From assembly GCF_032116555.1 (NCBI RefSeq), contig NZ_CP134949.1:1798001-1862000 (forward strand): a stretch of 64,000 nucleotides of DNA. The letters are read 5' to 3'. The notes below the pieces were generated by a model, which was not told the DNA's origin, ran no database searches, and saw only the letters and a program-made list of their open reading frames with translations. The stretch is from Halorarum halobium. GTDB taxonomy: Archaea > Halobacteriota > Halobacteria > Halobacteriales > Haloferacaceae. The position numbers and the translations under genes are program-made. How positions within the stretch are numbered: the first letter of the stretch is position 1; every line of letters starts with the position of its first letter. Positions 35,783 through 45,470 of this stretch are shown here, piece after piece.

Positions 35783-37258
35783 TCAGTCGTCCGTCGGGGC
35801 TCCACCGCCCGTGTCCACGACGGCCGTGGTCCACGTCCCGCGGAGCAGCCACGCGACGACGATCACTGCGCCGACGACGTCGCCGAAGACGACCGCCCAC
35901 CAGATGCCGGTCGTCCCCCAGCCCCCCTCGAACACGAGATAGTAGGTCGCTGGGACGCGCACGCCCCACAGCGCGATCAGCGAGAACACCAGCGCGGTCG
36001 TCGTCCGGCCGGCGCCACGGAACGCGCCGCGACCGACCTCAAACACGCCCGTGAACGCGAACATCAGCGCCGCGGTCCGGAGGTACGTCGCCGCGAACTC
36101 GATGGTCGTGCCGGCGTCGGGCGCGTCCGGTGGGAGGAACACCGTGACGATGACCTCGGGGAACAGCGAGGCGAACAGCGTCACCGGGAGCATCACCACC
36201 ACCACGACGCTCAGCGCGGCCCGGACGGCCCGCCACGCGCGATCCGCGCGCTCGGCGCCGAGGTTCTGGCCGACGACCGTGTTCACCGCCTGCGAGAGTC
36301 CCATCGCGGGCAGGAACACGAGCGAGATGAGCCGGTTCCCGAGGCCGTAGGCGGCGACGACGGCCGGCGGGAACGTCGCGACCATCGCGGTCAGGACGAC
36401 GAACGCGAACGCGGTGCCGGACTGTTCGAGCGCCGACGGCGTGCCGAGTTTCACGACGTCCCTCACGATGCCGAGGTCGGGAACCAGGTCGGGGGGTCGG
36501 ACGTCGGGCCCCGCTGAAGTACCGAACAGGACGTACCAGCCGATGACGGTGGCGACAGCGCGGGAGAGCAGCGTCGCCCACGCGGCGCCCTGGATGCCGT
36601 ACGCGTCGATGGGCCCCCAGCCGAAGATGAGTACGGGGTCGAGGACGACGTTCAGCGCGACCGAGATCGCCATCACGCGGAGCGGGCCGCGGGTGTCGCC
36701 GTACCCCCGCATGAGCGCGACGAACACGAAGAAGCCGAAGAGGAACGGCGTCGCCAGGAAGAACACCTGCATGTACGCGGCTGCGAGCGGAACGACGTCC
36801 GTTGCTGTCGCGGCGTTCGCGGGCAGGAGCGCCAGCATCGGCTCGACCGAGAGGTAGCCGAGCGCGCCGATGACGAGCGAGACGAGCATGACGAACCCGA
36901 GCGTCGTCCCCGCCACGCGGCCGGCGGCGCGGTCGGGAGCCACGGAGAATCCGGGGTCCGTCTCCCCGTCTTCGCCAGCCCTGGCGTTGCTCGCGCCGGT
37001 GTGCTGGGCGACGAGGATCGCGCCTGCGGCGGTGAAGCCGCCGCCGACGCTGATGAACAGGAACACGAGCGGGAACGCGAGTGAGAGCGCGCCGACCGCG
37101 TCCGCCGAGAGCCGGCCGAGCCAGAACGTGTCGGCGACGTTGTACATCACCTGGAGCAGCTGGATGACGACCAGCGGCCAGGCGACCCGCAGCATCGGGC
37201 GAAGGAGCGCGCCCTCCGTGAGGTCGTCCGCACGGCTCGAAGACGGAGGGCCGGCCAT
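35783..37258 (-). CDS. MATE family efflux transporter
   Basis: YNVADTFWLG, RGYGDTRGP, NVVLDPVLIFG, GQNLGA. Confidence 0.93.
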   Translation of the reverse strand: MAGPPSSSRADDLTEGALLRPMLRVAWPLVVIQLLQVMYNVADTFWLGRLSADAVGALSLAFPLVFLFISVGGGFTAAGAILVAQHTGASNARAGEDGETDPGFSVAPDRAAGRVAGTTLGFVMLVSLVIGALGYLSVEPMLALLPANAATATDVVPLAAAYMQVFFLATPFLFGFFVFVALMRGYGDTRGPLRVMAISVALNVVLDPVLIFGWGPIDAYGIQGAAWATLLSRAVATVIGWYVLFGTSAGPDVRPPDLVPDLGIVRDVVKLGTPSALEQSGTAFAFVVLTAMVATFPPAVVAAYGLGNRLISLVFLPAMGLSQAVNTVVGQNLGAERADRAWRAVRAALSVVVVVMLPVTLFASLFPEVIVTVFLPPDAPDAGTTIEFAATYLRTAALMFAFTGVFEVGRGAFRGAGRTTTALVFSLIALWGVRVPATYYLVFEGGWGTTGIWWAVVFGDVVGAVIVVAWLLRGTWTTAVVDTGGGAPTDD

Positions 37259-37387
37259 ACCGATCGGACGAATGGACCGCTCTTAAGCGCTCGTAACGGG
37301 TGGTAGCGTGTCACAACCCGAGAGTCCGAGCCGGTAGACTCAACGTACACAGCCTTCCGCCGCCTCCGACCGACACACCGTCCCCGC

Positions 37388-38683
37388 TCAGGCGGCGGGA
37401 ACGTCGAACTCCCGTGCGCGCTCGCGGACGCCGCTCGCGTCGCCGGTCAGCAGGTCGCCGTCGCGGTAGACGACCTCGCCGTCGACCATCGTGAACTCGA
37501 CGTCGTCGCCATGCGCGCCGAACACGAGGTGCGAGAGCGGGTCGTGCAGGGGGGTCGCGCGGGTCACCCCGGTCGTGAGGCCGACGACGTCGGCCTTCCA
37601 GCCCTCCCGCAGTTTCCCGACGCGCTCGAATCCCGCGGCGCGCGCACCGTTGACCGTCGCCATCTCGAAGACGAGTTCCGCGGGCGTCGTCGTCGCGTCG
37701 AGCGCGTCGACCTTCTGGAGGAGGCTGGCCTGGCGCATCTCGGTGAACGGGTCGAGCGTGTTGTTGCAGGGCGGGCCGTCGTTGCCGAGCGCGACGTTGA
37801 TGCCGCGACGGTGGTAGTCGGGGATGGGTGCGATGCCCGAGGCGAGTTTCATGTTGGAAGAGGGGCAGTAGGTGACGTGGGTCCCCGTCTCGGCGAGCAC
37901 CTCACGCTCGGACTCGTCGGTGTGGACGCAGTGGGCGAGCACGACGTCCTCGCCGGTGAGGCCGACCTCGTCGAGCCAGTGGACGTTGCGCATTCCGGTG
38001 TCCGCCTCGACGGCGGCGATCTCGTCCCGGTTCTCGCTCGCGTGGGTGTGGATCCGGACGCCGTCGTGCGCGTCAGCGAGGTCCCGCGCTCCGCGCAAGC
38101 ACTCCTCGGTGCAGGAGACGGCAAAGCGGGGCGTGACCGCGTACCGGATTCGGCCGTCGTCCGCGCCGTGGTACCGCCGGATGAGGTCCTCGGACTCGGC
38201 CAGGGCCGCGTCGGCCTCCTCCTGCAAGCCGTCGGGCGCGTCGCGGTCCATCAGCACCTTGCCGATGCGGCCGCGGATGCCGATGTCGCTGGCGGCCTCG
38301 AACGCCTCCGCGGCGTGGTTGACCGAGAGGTGGTCGACGACGGTGGTGACGCCCGATTCCAGACATTCGAGGTAGCCGAGTTCCGCGCCGAGGCGCATTC
38401 CCTCGGCGTCGAGGCCGGCCTCCATCGGGAGGACGTGCTCGGAGAGCCACTCCAGCAGCGGGGCGTCGTCGGCGATGCCGCGCCCGAGCGACTGGACGGA
38501 GTGGACGTGCCCGCCGACGACGCCGGGCGTCACGAGGTCGTACTCGGCGCGCTCGTGGTCGGGGTACTCCTCGACGAGCACGTCCCGCCCGCCGACTGCG
38601 GCGATGCGATCGCCCTCGACCACGACCGCGCCGTCCTCGATGATCGTCCCCGAATCGGCGATGACCGTCCCCGCGAGTAGCAT
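37388..38683 (-). CDS. Amidohydrolase, 5'-deoxyadenosine / MTA-SAH deaminase family
   Basis: GHVHS, HTHASE, LAHCVH, CPSSNMKLASG, GNDG; start trimmed to MLLAG. Confidence 0.85.
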   Translation of the reverse strand: MLLAGTVIADSGTIIEDGAVVVEGDRIAAVGGRDVLVEEYPDHERAEYDLVTPGVVGGHVHSVQSLGRGIADDAPLLEWLSEHVLPMEAGLDAEGMRLGAELGYLECLESGVTTVVDHLSVNHAAEAFEAASDIGIRGRIGKVLMDRDAPDGLQEEADAALAESEDLIRRYHGADDGRIRYAVTPRFAVSCTEECLRGARDLADAHDGVRIHTHASENRDEIAAVEADTGMRNVHWLDEVGLTGEDVVLAHCVHTDESEREVLAETGTHVTYCPSSNMKLASGIAPIPDYHRRGINVALGNDGPPCNNTLDPFTEMRQASLLQKVDALDATTTPAELVFEMATVNGARAAGFERVGKLREGWKADVVGLTTGVTRATPLHDPLSHLVFGAHGDDVEFTMVDGEVVYRDGDLLTGDASGVRERAREFDVPAA

Positions 38684-38860
38684 ACCGCACGTTCGTCCGC
38701 CTGCGCCACCGAAATACCTGTTCATTCCACCGGCGCGCATGTATCCGATTTTCGCTCGACGACGTTGTTCGACGTTCCCATCGCCGACGATTGCTCCTAC
38801 ATGATCGAACGGCCGACACCCCACGGCCGGACGGGCGGGTGTCCGTCTCGCTGCGCCCGG

Positions 38861-38920
38861 CCCGACCGACCACGGGGTGGGACTGAAAGAGGCCGAGAAT
38901 CGCGGGGGGTTTCGCGGTCG
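38861..38920. repeat. Intergenic element, copy 2 (core GGGACTGAAAGAGGCCG)
   Basis: CCCGACCGACCACGGGGTGGGACTGAAAGAGGCCG aligns with 26464-26497; CGACCG/CGGTCG can close a stem. Confidence 0.55.
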
Positions 38921-39040
38921 TGCCGTCAGTCGTCCACGTCCGTCGAAACTGGGTTGTGGAAGTGTGCCAGCGGGGTAGAACCAATCGCCTCACTAATCAG
39001 CGAAGCCAGCTTTATTTTGCCAGATTCCGAACAGTATGTC

Positions 39041-39196
39041 GTGGTGAACGACGATACCGGGTACGAACAGCACGCCCAGTCCAGCCATCGGGGTGAACAG
39101 CTCCAAACTGGCGACGGGAGCGGAAACCGGCGCTACCTCTTTCTCCTTCTCGTGGTGACAGCGGTCTCCGTCGCTCTACTTATCCTGTGGATTTGA
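39041..39196 (+). CDS. Possible ~50-aa protein with a single C-terminal TM helix
   Basis: ...GNRRYLFLLLVVTAVSVALLILWI*; TTTATTTT box at 39011-39018; GTG start uncertain (39041 or 39044). Confidence 0.4.
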   Translation: MVNDDTGYEQHAQSSHRGEQLQTGDGSGNRRYLFLLLVVTAVSVALLILWI

Positions 39197-39308
39197 CCGG
39201 GTGAACAGGAGTACAACTCCAAGTCTCGTCGGGGAGAACCGGCAACTCCACTGACGACCGCCAAACCACACCCTTTAGCAACGAACGACCGAACGAGGCG
39301 GACGAACC

Positions 39309-40172
39309 ATGACCATCGGCTTCATCGGCGGCAGCGGCATCTACGAGGCGCTCCCGCTGGAAAACACCCGAACCGAGGACGTCACGACACCCTTCGGCGA
39401 CCCCTCCGCGCCGCTCGAGATCGGCGAGTTCGGCGACACCGGCCGGGAGGTCGTCTTCCTCCCGCGCCACGGCCCCGACCACCAGCGCTCGCCGACCGAC
39501 CTGCCGTACAAGGCGAACGTCTACGCACTGAAGGAGGCCGGCGTCGAGTACGTTCTCGCCAGCAACGCGGTCGGGTCGCTCCGCGAGGAGCTGCCGCCAC
39601 AGACGCTCGTCGTCCCCACGCAGATCTACGACCGGACGAAGCTCCGGGACCTCTCGTACTTCGGCGACGGCGTCGTCGTCCACCAGCCGTTCGCTCGCCC
39701 GTACTCGCCGGAACTCGTCGAACATCTGGCCGAGTCGGCACGCGAGGCGACCGACGCCGAGGTCGCCGAGGGCGGCACGTACGTCTGCATCGAGGGGCCC
39801 CAGTACTCCACGAAAGCCGAGTCCGAGTTCTACCGCGACCAGGGCTGGGAGATCGTCGGGATGACCGCGATCCCGGAGGCGAAGCTGGCCCGCGAAGCCG
39901 AGATGGCGTACGCCACGCTCGCGGGCGTGACCGACTACGACGTCTGGAACGAGGAGAGCGAGGTCACACTGGAGGAGGTCCTGAAGAACGCCGCGAAGAA
40001 CGAGGACGCGATCAAGGAGACGGTCGAGCACGCGATCCGGACGTTCCCCGAGGACCTGGAGTGTGAGGCGCACGGCTCGCTGGCGGGAACGATCAACACG
40101 CCCGCCGAGGCGATTCCGGCCGAGACGCGCGAGAAACTCGCGCCCTTCATCGAGGAGCATCTCGACGACTGA
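39309..40172 (+). CDS. mtnP: S-methyl-5'-thioadenosine/-inosine phosphorylase
   Basis: IGGSG, PRHG, NAVGSL, EGPQYSTKAES, GMT, TDYD. Confidence 0.92.
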   Translation: MTIGFIGGSGIYEALPLENTRTEDVTTPFGDPSAPLEIGEFGDTGREVVFLPRHGPDHQRSPTDLPYKANVYALKEAGVEYVLASNAVGSLREELPPQTLVVPTQIYDRTKLRDLSYFGDGVVVHQPFARPYSPELVEHLAESAREATDAEVAEGGTYVCIEGPQYSTKAESEFYRDQGWEIVGMTAIPEAKLAREAEMAYATLAGVTDYDVWNEESEVTLEEVLKNAAKNEDAIKETVEHAIRTFPEDLECEAHGSLAGTINTPAEAIPAETREKLAPFIEEHLDD

Positions 40173-40214
40173 GGACGACGGCGCCCGCACTACGGCCGGG
40201 TCGAACCCGGACGT

Positions 40215-41090
40215 TCAGTCCGCGGCCGCCTCGTCGGCGGCCCCCGCCGTCGTCGCGTCCTTCACCCAGAGGTCGCCGAAGAGGTCGTCCTGCTGGAGGG
40301 TGAGCGTTCCGCGGTGTGCGAGAAACAGCAGCGCGAGATACGTCATCACCGGCGTCTCGTCGGACTCGCCGCCGCGGAGTTCACGGAACAGCACCTCCCC
40401 CCGTCCGCGCTCGTAGTGGGGGCGCAGGCGGTTCCGGACGTCCTCGATGACGGTCTCGATGTCCTCCTCGTGGGTCGCGCCGGTGACGTCGCCCTCGCCG
40501 GGTTCACCCTCGCGGCGGAAGTCGTCCTCGCCGTGGTACTCCAGCGTCTGCGTGCCCCGCGAGAAGCCGCGCGGCGACTCGCTCGTGTCGTACTCGCGCG
40601 ACTCCTTCCACCACGACCCGCGCTCGGCGTCGCGGAGTTCGTGGACCAGTTCGTCCAGCGTCTCGGGCGACCCCCGGGTGGACTTGCGATCGATGCGGCG
40701 CTCCATCTCGTCCTCCAGGGCGTCAACCGGGTCGAAGCCGTCGAACCCCTCGCCTTCGGCCCCCGCCTCCATCGGGCCGCCCTCGAAGGCGGCCTCCCAC
40801 GGTTCGACCTCCTCGGCCTCCTCCTCCTCGTCCTCTGCGAGCATCGCGTCGGACTTCATCCGGAGGAGGACCGAGGCGTAAAACAGCGCGCGGCCGCCCG
40901 TCCGGAGGTCGGCCGCGTCGAGGCGGTCGAGAAACGCGTCGGTCACCTCGACCACGTCGATGTCCCACGGGTCGATCTCGCCCTCCTCGGCGAGCTGGAC
41001 GAGCAGTTCGACCGGCTCGACCTCGTCGTCGTCGGTCTCCGGCCCGCCCTTCCCGTCGTCCGGGAGCACCTCGTGGGGCGACTCAATCAT
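40215..41090 (-). CDS. scpA: Segregation and condensation protein A (kleisin)
   Basis: EIDPWDIDVV, ASVLLRMKSD, YLALLFLA...QDDLFG; overlaps the smc end. Confidence 0.92.
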   Translation of the reverse strand: MIESPHEVLPDDGKGGPETDDDEVEPVELLVQLAEEGEIDPWDIDVVEVTDAFLDRLDAADLRTGGRALFYASVLLRMKSDAMLAEDEEEEAEEVEPWEAAFEGGPMEAGAEGEGFDGFDPVDALEDEMERRIDRKSTRGSPETLDELVHELRDAERGSWWKESREYDTSESPRGFSRGTQTLEYHGEDDFRREGEPGEGDVTGATHEEDIETVIEDVRNRLRPHYERGRGEVLFRELRGGESDETPVMTYLALLFLAHRGTLTLQQDDLFGDLWVKDATTAGAADEAAAD

Positions 41091-44000
41091 CCGCGCTCAC
41101 CTCGGCGCCGGCGACCTCGCCGTCCTCGCCGAGCTGGATGCCCGTGACCGCCGAGACGTTGTCGTCCTGCATCGTCACGCCGATCGCGCGCTCGGAGCGT
41201 TCGAGCAGCGCCGAGCGGTGGCTGACGACGACGAACTGGGCGTCGCCGGCGAGTTCGTCGACCATCTCCCCGACGCGGTCGGCGTTGACGGCGTCGAGGA
41301 ACGCGTCGACCTCGTCCAGCGCGTAGAACGGCGCGGGGTTGTGCCGCTGGATGGCGAAGATGAACGCGAGCGCGGTCAGCGACTTCTCCCCGCCCGACAT
41401 CGCGTCGAGCCGCTGGACGGGCTTGTCGGCGGGCTGGGCCTTCATCGTCAGGCCGCCCTCGAACGGGTCCGCCTCGTCCTCGAGGACGAGTTCGCCGGTC
41501 CCGGCCGAGAGGCGCTGGAAGATGTCGCGGAACTGCTCGTCGATGGCCTCGAAGGCGTCCATGAACGTCCCCTTCTTCTCGGCCTCGAACCGCTCGATGC
41601 GCTCCTCGATCGCGTCGCGCTCGTCGGCGAGCACGCCGCGACGTTCCTGCATGTCCTCGAGGTCCGCCTCCACGTCGTCGTACTCCTCGATGGCGAGCAT
41701 GTTCACCGGTTCGAGCGCCTCCATCTCGCCCTGCAGCCGCTCGATCTCGACCTCGACGGTGTCGTGGTCCGGAACGTCCTCGGGGTCGTAGTCGCCGACG
41801 GTGTCCTCGAGTTCGTCGATCTCCCACTCGAGGCGTTCGGCGGTCTCGCGCAGCGAGTCGAGCTTCGACTCGACGCGCTCGACGTCGGCCTCCTGCTCGT
41901 CGCGGGACTCCTTCGCCTCGCGGAGGTCGGCCTTGATCTCCTCGCGGTCCTCCTTGAGATCCGCCAGCTCCTCCTCCAGTTCCGCGATGGCCTCGCGCTT
42001 CGCCTCCAGCCCCGACTCGCGCTCCTCGATCTCCTCCTCGAACCCCGCGATTCGCTCCTCCGCGTCGGCCTTCTTGTTCTGTGCCTCCTCGACGGCGTCG
42101 TGGAGGTCGTCGATGGCGTCCTCGGCGTACTGCTTTTGCAACTGGAGTTCGTTGAGGTCGCCGTCGAGCTCGTCCATCCGTCCCTCGAGTTCGTCGATCT
42201 CCTCGTCGATCTCGTCGGCGCGCGCGGAGAGTTCGGGAATCTTCGAGTCGGCGAGTTCGGCCTCGAGGTCGGCGATGTCGGCCTCGACCGACTCGATCTT
42301 CCCGTCGCGCTCGTCGATCTTCCCGTCGAGTTCGGTCATCTCCTCGTCGACGGACTCGCGCTCCTCGCGGAGCTCCTCCAGCCTGTCCTCGAGTTCCTCG
42401 ACCCGCTCCTCCTTCGCGGAGACGTTCTGTTTCGCGAGTTCGAGGTCGCCCTCCACGTCCCGGACCTTGTCCGCGGCGTCGGCGGCGCGCGACCGGGCGT
42501 CCTCCAGGTCGTCCTCCACGTCCTCGATCTCGGACTTGAGCTCCTGCCGGTCGTCCTCCAGTGAGTGGATCTCCTCCGCGACGCGCTCCAGTTTCCCCTT
42601 GCCGGACTTCGAGAAGGAGTAGCGCGACCCGCCGCCCGAGCCGCCGGTCATCGCCCCCGACTTCTCGACGAGGTCGCCGTCGAGCGTCACCATCCGGTAC
42701 TCGCCCATCAGGTCGCGCGCGGTGTCCATGTCCTCGACGACGAGCGTCGAACCGAGCACGTACGAGAAGACGCCCTCGTACCGGGACTCGTAGTCGACGA
42801 GGTTGCGCGCGAAGTCGACGACGCCCGGGTGGCTCGGCATGCTCGGCAGGCCGCGGTCGTCCATCTCGGTGATGGGGAGGAACGTCGCGCGGCCCGCGTT
42901 GCGCTGTTTCAGGTAGTCGATGCAGTCGGAGCCGACGCCGTCGTCGTCGACGACGACGTTCGCCAGCCTGCCGCCCGCGGCCGTCTCACACGCCTTCGCG
43001 TACTGTGAGTCGACCGACGCGAGCCTGCCGACCGGTCCGTGGACGCCCGAGAAGTCGGCGTTCGTGACGGTCGTGACCGAGCGCGGCCACGAGGAGTCGC
43101 CCGAGTCGCCGGCTCGCGCCTCGAGCTTCGAGTACTCCTGCTGCTTCTCGCGGATGTCCTCCTCGACCTCGCTCAGGTCCCACTGGAGCTCCTTCTTCTC
43201 GGATTTGAGCTCCTCGATCGCGTCGTCGGCGGTCCCCTTGTTCTTCTCGGCCTTGTCGAGTTCCGAGTGGAGATCCGAGACGCGACGCTTCAGGTCGGGA
43301 AGCTCCGATTCGGCCTCCTCGATCTCGGTTTCGATCTCGGAGATCTCGTTCGAGCGGCGGCGCGCGTCGTCGAGCAGTCGGTCCTTCTCGCGCTGGAGCT
43401 CGTTCTTCGCGGCCTTCAGCTCCTCCAGTTCCCCCTTGCGCTCGGTGAGGTCGTCCTTCAACTCGTCGAACGCGGTGTCCGCGTTCTCGATCTCGGCTTC
43501 GACCTCCGCGAGCTCCGTCTCCTTCGAGGAGAGCGTGGACTTGAGGTTCGCCTTTTCGACTTTCACCTCGCGAATGTCCGCCTCCAGCTCCTCGACCTCC
43601 TCGCCCTTGCGGTCGATGTCGATGAACGCGCCGCGCCGTTCGTTCTCGGCCTCCTCGACGCGCTCCTCCTGGTTCTCGATCTTGCCTTCGAGCCGCGAGA
43701 CCTCGCCCTTGATCTCCTCGATCTCGGCCTTGATGGCGAGCTGTTCGTCCTCTCCCTTGCGTTCGATCTCGCGGTTCAGCGCCTCGAGGTCGTCCTGGAG
43801 GTCGTCGACGACCGCCTGCCGCTCGTCGAGTTCCTCGCGGAGCCCCGCGAGTTTCTCCTCGTTCGTGTCGATGCGGGATCTGGTCGAGTCGAGGTCGGCG
43901 CGCTTGTCCTCAAGTTCGGCGGCCTTCAGATAGCCCTCGTACTCCTCCTTCTCCTCGCGGAGGTCCTTGTACTGGAGCGCGGTCTCCCGCTCGTCCGAGA

Positions 44001-44673
44001 GCTGTTCGAGCCGGTCCTCCTTCTCCTCGATGCGGAGGTCCGCCTCGTCGATGCGCTCCTCGACGGTCTCGAGTTCCGCGAACGCGTCCTCCTTTTTCGC
44101 GTCGAACTCCGCGACGCCGGCGATCTCGTCGATGATCTCGCGCCGCTGGAACGGCGTCATGTTGATGATCTCGGTGACGTCGCCCTGCATGACGACGTTG
44201 TACCCCTCGGGCGTGACGCCGGCCTGGGCGAGCAGGTCGCGGATGTCCGAGAGGTTCACCGAGCGGTCGTTCAGGTAGTAGTACGAGTAGTAGTTGTCGT
44301 CGGTCTCTTTCACCCGACGTCGGATGCTGATCTCGTCGACCTCGCCGACCTTCTCGGTGCCGGCGGCGTTGACGACCTGCGTCCGATCGACGCTCCGGTC
44401 GCCGTTGTCGAGGATCACCTCGACGCTGGCTTCCCGCTCGCCGCCGGTCCGTTCCTCACCCTCGTGGCCCGGATTGTAGATGAGGTCGGTGAGCTTCTCC
44501 GCGCGGATGCCCCGCGTCCGTGCGAGGCCGAGCGCGAACAGGACGCCGTCGATGATGTTGGATTTGCCCGAGCCGTTCGGCCCGGTGATGACGGTGAAGT
44601 CCTCGTAGAACGGGATTCGGGTCTTCCGCCCGAAGCTCTTGAAATCGTCCAGAACGAGTTCTTTGATGTGCAT
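41083..44673 (-). CDS. smc: Chromosome segregation protein SMC
   Basis: FKSF, GPNGSGKS, QGD, hinge GRATFLP, MSGGEKS, LDEVDAFLD; long coiled coils. Confidence 0.97.
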   Translation of the reverse strand: MHIKELVLDDFKSFGRKTRIPFYEDFTVITGPNGSGKSNIIDGVLFALGLARTRGIRAEKLTDLIYNPGHEGEERTGGEREASVEVILDNGDRSVDRTQVVNAAGTEKVGEVDEISIRRRVKETDDNYYSYYYLNDRSVNLSDIRDLLAQAGVTPEGYNVVMQGDVTEIINMTPFQRREIIDEIAGVAEFDAKKEDAFAELETVEERIDEADLRIEEKEDRLEQLSDERETALQYKDLREEKEEYEGYLKAAELEDKRADLDSTRSRIDTNEEKLAGLREELDERQAVVDDLQDDLEALNREIERKGEDEQLAIKAEIEEIKGEVSRLEGKIENQEERVEEAENERRGAFIDIDRKGEEVEELEADIREVKVEKANLKSTLSSKETELAEVEAEIENADTAFDELKDDLTERKGELEELKAAKNELQREKDRLLDDARRRSNEISEIETEIEEAESELPDLKRRVSDLHSELDKAEKNKGTADDAIEELKSEKKELQWDLSEVEEDIREKQQEYSKLEARAGDSGDSSWPRSVTTVTNADFSGVHGPVGRLASVDSQYAKACETAAGGRLANVVVDDDGVGSDCIDYLKQRNAGRATFLPITEMDDRGLPSMPSHPGVVDFARNLVDYESRYEGVFSYVLGSTLVVEDMDTARDLMGEYRMVTLDGDLVEKSGAMTGGSGGGSRYSFSKSGKGKLERVAEEIHSLEDDRQELKSEIEDVEDDLEDARSRAADAADKVRDVEGDLELAKQNVSAKEERVEELEDRLEELREERESVDEEMTELDGKIDERDGKIESVEADIADLEAELADSKIPELSARADEIDEEIDELEGRMDELDGDLNELQLQKQYAEDAIDDLHDAVEEAQNKKADAEERIAGFEEEIEERESGLEAKREAIAELEEELADLKEDREEIKADLREAKESRDEQEADVERVESKLDSLRETAERLEWEIDELEDTVGDYDPEDVPDHDTVEVEIERLQGEMEALEPVNMLAIEEYDDVEADLEDMQERRGVLADERDAIEERIERFEAEKKGTFMDAFEAIDEQFRDIFQRLSAGTGELVLEDEADPFEGGLTMKAQPADKPVQRLDAMSGGEKSLTALAFIFAIQRHNPAPFYALDEVDAFLDAVNADRVGEMVDELAGDAQFVVVSHRSALLERSERAIGVTMQDDNVSAVTGIQLGEDGEVAGAEVSADD

Positions 44674-44740
44674 GAAACGTGTGGTGGACCCGTGTGGTGT
44701 GTTCGTGAGGGACGGGTAGCCCGGCCTCGGCGGCGGTCGA

Positions 44741-45058
44741 CTACGCGACGATGATGTCGTCGCTCTCCTCGGCGTCGTCGCCCTCGACGGATTCCTCGTC
44801 GTCGGGAGCGTCCGTTTCCGCGGTCGATTCGGAGGGCTGCTCGGTCGAATCGGACGCTGCCTCCGCAGCTTCGGTCGCCGACGCGTTCGGAACGAACTCG
44901 GCGTGGGAGTCGGCGCCGGACTCCTCGGCCGGGACGTCAGCGGCCGATTCGAGCTGGCTGATCCGCTCTTTCGTCTCGACGAGCTCCTCGGTCAGTCCGT
45001 CGACTGCCGCCTGCAGTTCCGCGACCTGCGTTTCGAGGTCTTCCACCCTGTTTCCCAT
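44741..45058 (-). CDS. Small acidic coiled-coil protein upstream of smc (DUF7518-like)
   Basis: RVEDLETQVAELQAAVDGLTEELVETKERISQLE heptads, acidic tail ending DDIIVA. Confidence 0.8.
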   Translation of the reverse strand: MGNRVEDLETQVAELQAAVDGLTEELVETKERISQLESAADVPAEESGADSHAEFVPNASATEAAEAASDSTEQPSESTAETDAPDDEESVEGDDAEESDDIIVA

Positions 45059-45081
45059 GTACGGGCTGGGTGCTCCCGGAC

Positions 45082-45104
45082 GTATAAACCTGTGTCAGAC
45101 ACAG
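45082..45104 (-). promoter_or_regulatory. TATA box (TTTATAC) with abutting palindrome CTGTGTC-T-GACACAG; promoter of the smc operon
   Basis: TATA 45082-45088, ATG 45058, palindrome 45090-45104. Confidence 0.65.
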
Positions 45105-45470
45105 CGATGACGGGACCGTGGTCCGAAACCGCCGAATCCGGCCGATTCGGGGCTCGATTCGACCGGTCGCGGATTCCAGTAGTAAAGTGTTACTCGCTAT
45201 ATGGAACGCCATCTGCCGCTCTCAAGCGCCGACACGCCCCTCGTTCTGCGGATCCGGGGCCGTCGGCACCGATACTGGCCGCTCCGGTCCGTGTCGGTCC
45301 CCAGCGGGGAGCACCAGACTGTTGCCCAGTCGGACGCGTCCCGAGTCACCGGACACGCTCCCGGAGGAGACACCCCAGCCACTGGAATGCGGCCGGCCAC
45401 AGTGCCGTTCGGGGTCGCGTACGCGCGAAGAACCACAACCCCCAAACCCCGCCGCTTCGAACCGCCGACG

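Noticed and set aside
38861..38920. Hammerhead ribozyme in the CTGAAAG element
   Set aside because: Does not match the CUGANGA core and lacks a properly placed GAAA with three stems.
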